A stretch of DNA of 64,000 bases from Deltaproteobacteria bacterium. GTDB taxonomy: Bacteria; Bdellovibrionota_F; JAHFAK01. The notes beneath the pieces are model-generated. The model was given only the letters and a program-made list of their open reading frames with translations. It searched no databases and was not told where the DNA came from. The stretch lies in assembly GCA_023250585.1 (NCBI GenBank), contig JAHFAK010000001.1, positions 232 to 64,231 of the forward strand, written 5' to 3'. The position numbers and the translations under genes are program-made. This document shows positions 57,992 through 64,000 of the stretch, piece after piece (the first letter of the stretch is position 1; every line of letters starts with the position of its first letter).

Positions 57992-58837
57992 TTAAATGAG
58001 CGTTACATTAAATTTTCGTACAACGTCTAATGTCTCCTTAGCCGTTATAGCGCGAAGTTCTTCCTCTCGCATGTCGGTCCAAAAATCATACTCTTTAAGA
58101 TCATTATCAACATATCCGGGATGGCAGACTATTTCAGAAACACCTTGAGGGATATTTTTTATATAATGATACAGCGCTTCTTTATAGTATCCCTTAGGAA
58201 CATAGCCCACACCAAAGACATGCCCCGCGTTATTCAAATTACTCATAGGACGCTGTAATGGAGATGCAATTTTAGAAAGAATCAACTGTTTCACAAATCC
58301 AATATATATTCCTTTTCGAAACAGAATTTGTTTTTTATAGAATGATCCTCTCCATAATCCTAAAGAAACACTTCGGATTCTACGGATTCCAAACCGCGAA
58401 GAAAGTCCCAAAAGCACTCGTCCAATTGCAGGATGAAAATGAATATGCCGATGTGAATCTATATGTTCTAGATTAATTCCGCTTTCAATCACTCTTTCAA
58501 TTTGTGCACTGAATTCCTTCTCAACTTCTCTTAATGAAATACGTCCTAAGAAAAGTCGAGACATAAAACGAGAAAGCGAATAAAAAGTATTATTCTTATC
58601 AAGAAGGCTTGAGATTTCTCTAGGAGAAGATAGAGAGCTCCCACACGTAATATTTAAATGAAGACCTACCGATAAATCAGGTTCCTTCTTGAGCAGTTGT
58701 ACACTTTTCTCAAAGCCTGGTATATTAGACATCAATGAAGTACTTCTCACAATTCCATTGCGAAAACATTCAATGATACCTGCGTTAATTCCCTCAGAAA
58801 TACCAAAATCATCTGCGTTTACAATGAGTTTTTTCAT
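57992..58837 (-). CDS. YdjC/ChbG-family carbohydrate deacetylase
   Basis: MKKLIVNADDFGISEGINAGIIECFRNGIVRSTSLM is nearly the family consensus. Downstream HLNIT and HID...H metal ligands. Confidence 0.75.
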   Translation of the reverse strand: MKKLIVNADDFGISEGINAGIIECFRNGIVRSTSLMSNIPGFEKSVQLLKKEPDLSVGLHLNITCGSSLSSPREISSLLDKNNTFYSLSRFMSRLFLGRISLREVEKEFSAQIERVIESGINLEHIDSHRHIHFHPAIGRVLLGLSSRFGIRRIRSVSLGLWRGSFYKKQILFRKGIYIGFVKQLILSKIASPLQRPMSNLNNAGHVFGVGYVPKGYYKEALYHYIKNIPQGVSEIVCHPGYVDNDLKEYDFWTDMREEELRAITAKETLDVVRKFNVTLI

Positions 58838-59580
58838 TTATAATAACCCTGATGATCGTTTCGTTTAACTTTCCAAAGATCTCGCAACATTCTGACTGTA
58901 TCTTGAAAAAAATTCACTGTTGATTTTTCATGAAAATAACGAAATCGTATGGGGACTTGATGAATAATAAATCCTAATTTTTTTGCAACGTACAAAGCTT
59001 CAACGTCGAAACTAAATCTCTCCAACGTTTGTTTTGTAAAAATAGCCTGTGCTGCTTCCTTTCGGAAACCTTTCAATCCCGCTTGTGTATCAAGCAATTC
59101 GGGTAAAAGCCACAGCCGCACTAATAGATTAAAAAAGCGGCCCATTAAATGTCTTGTATAGAGATAACGAAAGAAAACCGGACTGATTTCATAGCGAGAT
59201 TCCGGAAGTACACGGCATGCAATGGCAACATCTGCGCCCTTCTCTAACACCTCCAGAATTCTAAAAATTTGATCGGGCTGATATGCTAAATCTGAATCGT
59301 TAAAGACAAGATACCGTCCACGAGCTTCTCCAAATCCATGTCGAATTGCATATCCCTTACCACGATTTTTTCTGTTAGAAACAACTTTAATGTTTTGGTA
59401 CTTCTCTGTAATACGGTTCAATACAGAAAGAGAATTATCATAACTACCATCATCCACGAGAATCAATTCCCATGGATAATGCTGTTTTTCTAACTGTTCC
59501 ACTAATAAAGCAACATTTCCTTCAATAAACTCTGAAGCATTAAAAACTGGAACTACAACTGATAAGTGTATAGTACTCAT
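58834..59580 (-). CDS. GT2-family glycosyltransferase (small, DPM1/ArnC-like)
   Basis: LSVVVPVFNASEFIEGNVALL and LILVDDGSYDNS. Confidence 0.8.
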   Translation of the reverse strand: MSTIHLSVVVPVFNASEFIEGNVALLVEQLEKQHYPWELILVDDGSYDNSLSVLNRITEKYQNIKVVSNRKNRGKGYAIRHGFGEARGRYLVFNDSDLAYQPDQIFRILEVLEKGADVAIACRVLPESRYEISPVFFRYLYTRHLMGRFFNLLVRLWLLPELLDTQAGLKGFRKEAAQAIFTKQTLERFSFDVEALYVAKKLGFIIHQVPIRFRYFHEKSTVNFFQDTVRMLRDLWKVKRNDHQGYYK

Positions 59581-59590
59581 ACTAATCTAT

Positions 59591-60511
59591 CTAACTCCAA
59601 TCATGATCATTGTAAAAAGATCGAGAGATAGGCTCTACCTCACGTCGAATTCGGTCTATCTCAGCAGCAGTAAGTCTACTTTTCCAAATATCAACTGTTT
59701 TACGACTATCTCTTCTACTATTATCTTTTTTTCCATGAAATTCTACTACATTTAATGGAGAAGTATAAAGATTCATTATCTCTTCTGTTTTCTTTGTAAA
59801 TGATAGATTGAATTTCTCGTAAAGTTTTCTAAATTCCTCAATAGGTGCAGAGGCTAAATCCTCATGTCTAACAAAAATCCATTCAGGATGTTCCCTTGTA
59901 AGAATTTCAACCGTTCCATACAGAGCTTTCCATTGAAGAATTCCCATACCTATAATATCAGGTCTTTGAGGATGATTTTGAATTTCTTTCTCAAATCTAA
60001 ATAAATATCTTTTCATTAAATTTTTCTGATCAAGAAAATGATTAAAGTTAAATCCCCAATTAAGACGTTTTAAGCTACTTACGAAGGATGCTGGGTGTCT
60101 TATAACAACGATAACATGCGTATTAAATTTTTTAGCAAACCATTCGGTAGAAAAAAGACCAATAGGTTCGATAAAAATCTGCGGAAATCTAGAATTAAAC
60201 TGGCGAAACAGAGATCTAAATTTTCTTTTGGTTACACGTCCAAAATCTCGGAGTGATTCTATTTTGCTCAGGCTTTTAAAAAAATCATACTTCATATCCA
60301 CACACTTTTGGATATAGGGATAAAATTGCTTCTCGTTTTCCTGAGAGATATAGGTGTACATCCATGGAAAAGGTTGACATCCAATCTCTGAAGCAACATT
60401 AAAAATTTCCTCATCTCGCATAAGAAATTCTCCTGAGATAGAAAGCATTCTTCCAACCCAGCTTGAACCAGATCGATGTGATCCTGTAATGTAGATATGT
60501 TTTTTTATCAT
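59591..60511 (-). CDS. PAPS-dependent sulfotransferase, Stf0-like
   Basis: 5'-phosphosulfate-binding loop YITGSHRSGSSWVGRML (Mtb Stf0 ICSTQRSGSTWLCELL). 3'-phosphate-binding region VVIRHPASFVSSLKR. 306 aa. Confidence 0.75.
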   Translation of the reverse strand: MIKKHIYITGSHRSGSSWVGRMLSISGEFLMRDEEIFNVASEIGCQPFPWMYTYISQENEKQFYPYIQKCVDMKYDFFKSLSKIESLRDFGRVTKRKFRSLFRQFNSRFPQIFIEPIGLFSTEWFAKKFNTHVIVVIRHPASFVSSLKRLNWGFNFNHFLDQKNLMKRYLFRFEKEIQNHPQRPDIIGMGILQWKALYGTVEILTREHPEWIFVRHEDLASAPIEEFRKLYEKFNLSFTKKTEEIMNLYTSPLNVVEFHGKKDNSRRDSRKTVDIWKSRLTAAEIDRIRREVEPISRSFYNDHDWS

Positions 60512-60530
60512 TACAAAAAAGAGCCTTTGC

Positions 60531-62711
60531 TTATGCTACAAAAATTTCCTCTCCTCTCTCAATTTCCTCTAATAAAAAAGTTGATATCTCTTTTCTCATA
60601 AACCAATCAGGAAGCTCTTTTCCTGATTTGAGCATTTCACGCGCTTCACTGCCACTGATTAAACGCATATTTTTTTCATCATGATTACATTTTTCTACAT
60701 AGCGATTGCACTGCTGACAGTAAGAAATAGTGTCAAAAAATACAGGCGTTATTCCCAAATCCCCCATACTCTTAAATAGTTCTTGAGAAGCATGAGTACC
60801 ATAGAAATTACCAACGCCTGTATGATCTCTTCCCATAATAAAATGAGTACATCCAAAGTTTTTCCTACAAAGAGCAGTAAAAACAGCCTCACGTGGTCCC
60901 GCATATCGTGAATAGGTAGAAAATGCTCCGATCAATACTTTTTCTTTAGGGTAATAAGTATTAAGCAACTTCTCATAACTTTGTATAATAGCATGACTGA
61001 CAAAATCACCTTTCTTTTTGATACCTATTACTGGATGAACAAAAAGGCCATCGCATGAAGTACGTTCCAGCGCTAGAATTTGTAATGTTTCATGGGCTCT
61101 ATGAACAACATTTCTTGTATGGAAACCAACAACTCGGCTCCATCCTTTATGTTCAAAAAGGGCCCGCGTTTGCAAAGGAGTGAATTCATATTGTTTGTTC
61201 ATACGTGGAAGACGTTTTATCAATTCAACTTTTCCACCAATGAAATAATTGTCTTTTCCGAAGAGAGCTGCAACTCCTGGATGCGCTTTATCTTGTGTTC
61301 CAAACATCATTTGAGATAATTCCGTGAGGTCATAGGGGTAAATTTCCTCTATCTCAATCGTAGCAACAATATCCTGCGAGGATTGAAGAGCTAAACTCAC
61401 TATAGTTCCTTCATGAAATTTTGTTGCTTCTTCTTTACTCACTTGCAATAAAATAGGAAGAGGCCATGCAACCCCGTTAGAAAGTTTATAATCATGCAAA
61501 ACACTCGTAAGTTCTTCTCGATTCATAAAACCTTGTAATGGCGAAAAAGAACCAAGAGCAATTTGCTCTGCATCCATCAGTATTTTTTCGTCAACAATTA
61601 AGCGTGGGTACTGATTAAGCAGAGTTTTATCACACTCTTGAGCAATACGATACGTAAGTATTCCTCCATGTGGCTTGATCAAAAATCGAGAATGATCATC
61701 CAGAAGTTTTCCAAAGGAAACTTTTCGATTGGAGCTCTCAAATTCATTTATAAGAGAAACAACAACCGCTGCACAATCAACGGGATGTTGACCAATAGCA
61801 GTTTCAGCAGCGAGGACTAAACCGTCAGCTCCATCAAGTAAAGTATTGATAACATCGTTAACTTCTGCTCGTGTTGGTTTCCTCTTTTGTGTCATAGACT
61901 CTAATAAGTTTGTAGCTACATAAATCGGTTTACCAGCAGAATTTGCTCGTTGAATAAGAAGCTTCTGAAGAAAAGGAATTTTTTCGATGGGAACTTCGCG
62001 AGAGAGATCTCCTCTATCGATGAGGAGCGCGTCAGCAAGCGTCACAATAGCATCAACATTTTTTACACCCTGCCTGCTTTCAATTTTTGCAATAATTCTG
62101 GCCTGTGCACCAACGAGTTCTCTCATTTCCGAAACAGCTTCTTTACTCGATGCAAAGGAAAGAGCAAAATTGGTTATGCCATATTTTTTGGATAACGTCA
62201 TGACTTCTTTGTCTTTTTTAGAAAGAACAGGAAGCATAATATCTTGATCAACAGTAACTGCTTTATTACTTCCGACAATACCTCCGCAAAGCACTCGTGC
62301 TTTTAATGAACCACCATTTTTTTCAATGACCTGTAAAAAGAGAGAATTAAAATCAACATTAATGAGACTACCTATTTCTATTTTTTCTACTACAAATCCT
62401 GGAGTAAGTGAAATAGTATGTTCATCACAAATGATATTTTCACTTACAATATCAACTATATCTCCTTCTTTTAGATAAATTTCTCCGCCTTTTACACTTC
62501 TATTCCTAATTTGAGCTCCTTCGGTATCAATACATATTGGTTTTTTCGTGTATTGACCAATGGTCTGCATCATTTTTTCAGCTACATTGATATCAACATG
62601 TGAAAGATTAATACGAAAGAGATCTACTCCAAGCGCGTCTAAACGTTGAATAACAATTTTATCCAACGAAGCAGGCCCAATAGTTGCTAATATTTGAAGT
62701 TTTTTTATCAT
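60531..62711 (-). CDS. fusion protein: pyruvate-kinase catalytic (A+B) domain lacking the C-terminal allosteric domain + complete ATP sulfurylase (sulfate adenylyltransferase)
   Basis: Start refined to MIKKLQ (ATGA overlap with the upstream SDR). PK blocks: ATIGPAS, FRINLSH, IDTEGAQIR, IIAKIESRQG, LLIDRGDLSREVP, KPIYVATNLLESMTQKRKPTRAEVNDVINTLLDGADGLVLAAETAIGQHP. ATP sulfurylase blocks: FHTRNVVHRAHE, GRDHTGVG. Confidence 0.85.
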   Translation of the reverse strand: MIKKLQILATIGPASLDKIVIQRLDALGVDLFRINLSHVDINVAEKMMQTIGQYTKKPICIDTEGAQIRNRSVKGGEIYLKEGDIVDIVSENIICDEHTISLTPGFVVEKIEIGSLINVDFNSLFLQVIEKNGGSLKARVLCGGIVGSNKAVTVDQDIMLPVLSKKDKEVMTLSKKYGITNFALSFASSKEAVSEMRELVGAQARIIAKIESRQGVKNVDAIVTLADALLIDRGDLSREVPIEKIPFLQKLLIQRANSAGKPIYVATNLLESMTQKRKPTRAEVNDVINTLLDGADGLVLAAETAIGQHPVDCAAVVVSLINEFESSNRKVSFGKLLDDHSRFLIKPHGGILTYRIAQECDKTLLNQYPRLIVDEKILMDAEQIALGSFSPLQGFMNREELTSVLHDYKLSNGVAWPLPILLQVSKEEATKFHEGTIVSLALQSSQDIVATIEIEEIYPYDLTELSQMMFGTQDKAHPGVAALFGKDNYFIGGKVELIKRLPRMNKQYEFTPLQTRALFEHKGWSRVVGFHTRNVVHRAHETLQILALERTSCDGLFVHPVIGIKKKGDFVSHAIIQSYEKLLNTYYPKEKVLIGAFSTYSRYAGPREAVFTALCRKNFGCTHFIMGRDHTGVGNFYGTHASQELFKSMGDLGITPVFFDTISYCQQCNRYVEKCNHDEKNMRLISGSEAREMLKSGKELPDWFMRKEISTFLLEEIERGEEIFVA

Positions 62712-63490
62712 ATAATACTCCATCCTCCATCTACAACTAAATTATGTCCCGTAACATAGGCTGAGGCATCCGAAGCTAAGAAAATTGCTGCACCTACTAT
62801 TTCTTCTGCAGATGCCATTCGTTGTAACGGTGTTTTTTTAATATAATTTTTTACGAAACTTTGAGGTTGTGAATCAAAAATTCCACCAGGAGAAATTGCA
62901 TTTACTCTCACTCCATGGTTACCGTAATATGATGCTAAATATTTTGTAAATTGGATAACACCCCCTTTGATTGCGGCATACGCAGCTGGCATAGTCATAT
63001 CTGTTCCTTCATAGATTGAAAAATCAGGGGCAACAATTCCATAAATTGAAGCAATATTTATAATAGATCCTTTTTTTGCTTCTTTCATTATTTCGGTAAC
63101 TTTTTGGCAGCAGAGGCAATACCCATTTAAATGTTTATTGATATTCTCTTGCCACGAATTAAACGGAATTTTTTCAAATGATACTCCCCAATCTTTTGTC
63201 CGAGGATATGCATTATTTATCCATACATCAATTCGTCCTTCTTCTTTGAGAATTTGTGTTACTCCGTTAATAACAGATTTTTCATCGGCAATATCTAATA
63301 AAAGAAAGCGTGCAGTATAGCCATCTTTTTTTAATTCTTCACAAGCTCTTATCCCCTTTTCTTCATCGATCTCTGCGATGATCACTTGTGCTCCATACGA
63401 AGCAAATCCTCGGGCAAATGCTTTTCCCAAAAGGCCTCCCCCTCCAGTTATGACAGTTACCTTATGAGTTAAATCAAATAAATTTTTCAT
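62708..63490 (-). CDS. short-chain dehydrogenase/reductase (classical SDR)
   Basis: KVTVITGGGGLLGKAFA, NNAYP, YAAIKGG (YxxxK). Confidence 0.85.
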   Translation of the reverse strand: MKNLFDLTHKVTVITGGGGLLGKAFARGFASYGAQVIIAEIDEEKGIRACEELKKDGYTARFLLLDIADEKSVINGVTQILKEEGRIDVWINNAYPRTKDWGVSFEKIPFNSWQENINKHLNGYCLCCQKVTEIMKEAKKGSIINIASIYGIVAPDFSIYEGTDMTMPAAYAAIKGGVIQFTKYLASYYGNHGVRVNAISPGGIFDSQPQSFVKNYIKKTPLQRMASAEEIVGAAIFLASDASAYVTGHNLVVDGGWSII

Positions 63491-64000
63491 AGAGTTGTGT
63501 ATCCTTTCTCGATCAAAAATTCGACAAAGTGAAAATCAATCTCACGGTCTATATCAAAACCTGAAACATCCGGCATACAATACACAATTGAATTATCGGT
63601 GATGACCGATGTATTTTCTTTGAGAAAAAAATTCCGGGAATAAAAATAAATCGAGGCGTTCATATCATAAACTTTCGGAGCATCTTGCCTTCGATGAGTA
63701 GCATGCGTTAATGACTTTGAAAGATGCGCTCGTCCGTTTCGATCAAGTTCTACCATATTAAAATATGGATTTTTATGAGAAGGTACAACGCTAAATAAAT
63801 TTTCAGGTTTTTCTTTAAGAAATAACTGATAACAATTTTCCAAATCCTTTGTAGTTCTTAAAGGAGACGTAGCATCGAGATCAACGACTATATCGTACTT
63901 CTCATTAAATATTTTTTCGGATTCTAATACTGCATGATGAATGACGGCTAATTTATCCGCAGTATCACTTGCCAAATCTTTCGGACGCTCGAAAGGCACT
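63487..64000 (-). CDS. CMP-sugar (acylneuraminate/Kdo-type) cytidylyltransferase, C-terminal part; gene start lies beyond window end
   Basis: VVDLDATSPLRTTKDLENCYQLF and the later dimerisation region resemble the NeuA/KdsB CTP_transf_3 family. The N-terminal P-loop-like block is absent, so the ORF is truncated by the window. Confidence 0.55.
   Translation of the reverse strand, partial: VPFERPKDLASDTADKLAVIHHAVLESEKIFNEKYDIVVDLDATSPLRTTKDLENCYQLFLKEKPENLFSVVPSHKNPYFNMVELDRNGRAHLSKSLTHATHRRQDAPKVYDMNASIYFYSRNFFLKENTSVITDNSIVYCMPDVSGFDIDREIDFHFVEFLIEKGYTTL

Noticed and set aside
1-64000. Search for CRISPR arrays, IS/transposase genes, integrases, tRNA/rRNA genes
   Set aside because: No regularly spaced short direct repeats, no transposase/integrase-like ORFs (DDE, tyrosine recombinase R-H-R-Y patterns) and no tRNA-like cloverleaf-compatible conserved stretches were seen. 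The locus boundaries are not marked by obvious mobile-element scars within this window.

Overview
AT-rich bacterial chromosome segment, possibly a Leptospira-like spirochete (a guess from composition and gene content only). From ~3.2 kb to the window end it is one large polysaccharide / LPS O-antigen (rfb-type) biosynthesis locus: more than 50 genes on the minus strand, tightly packed or overlapping by 4-60 nt, consistent with one or a few long operons. Recognisable modules: (a) a dTDP-L-rhamnose set (rfbC-rfbB-rfbD-rfbA); (b) an initiating PglC-like phosphotransferase, a CapD/PglF-like membrane 4,6-dehydratase and a DegT aminotransferase, consistent with an amino-dideoxyhexose; (c) two Wzx-like flippases, a Wzy/WaaL-like membrane protein, and several GT2/GT4/GT9/GT-C glycosyltransferases; (d) a sulfur module of UDP-sulfoquinovose synthase (SqdB/SQD1), two ATP sulfurylases (one fused to APS kinase, one fused to a pyruvate-kinase catalytic domain), an Stf0-like sulfotransferase and a cysteine-dioxygenase-like cupin; (e) a tailoring cassette of two paralogous B12-binding radical-SAM enzymes, an FkbM methyltransferase and a PhyH-like oxygenase fused to a Rieske domain; (f) a possible cyclitol/polyol-phosphate cassette (DHQS-like cyclase, SDR, GAPDH-like dehydrogenase, kinase-like protein, CDP-alcohol phosphatidyltransferase, sugar-1-P nucleotidyltransferase, TagF-like transferase); (g) an RGP/UDP-arabinopyranose-mutase-like gene near UDP-sugar dehydrogenase and epimerase genes; (h) a secreted parallel beta-helix protein with three cysteine-rich repeats encoded by perfect 96-bp tandem DNA repeats; (i) a class-II glutamine amidotransferase fused to a WbuX/PseA-like PP-loop sugar amidotransferase. 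At the left edge there is a TPR-repeat secreted protein (+ strand) and a partial cNMP-binding protein. I found no rRNA, tRNA, CRISPR array or IS element. All functional calls rest on motifs read from the translations; no database search was possible.
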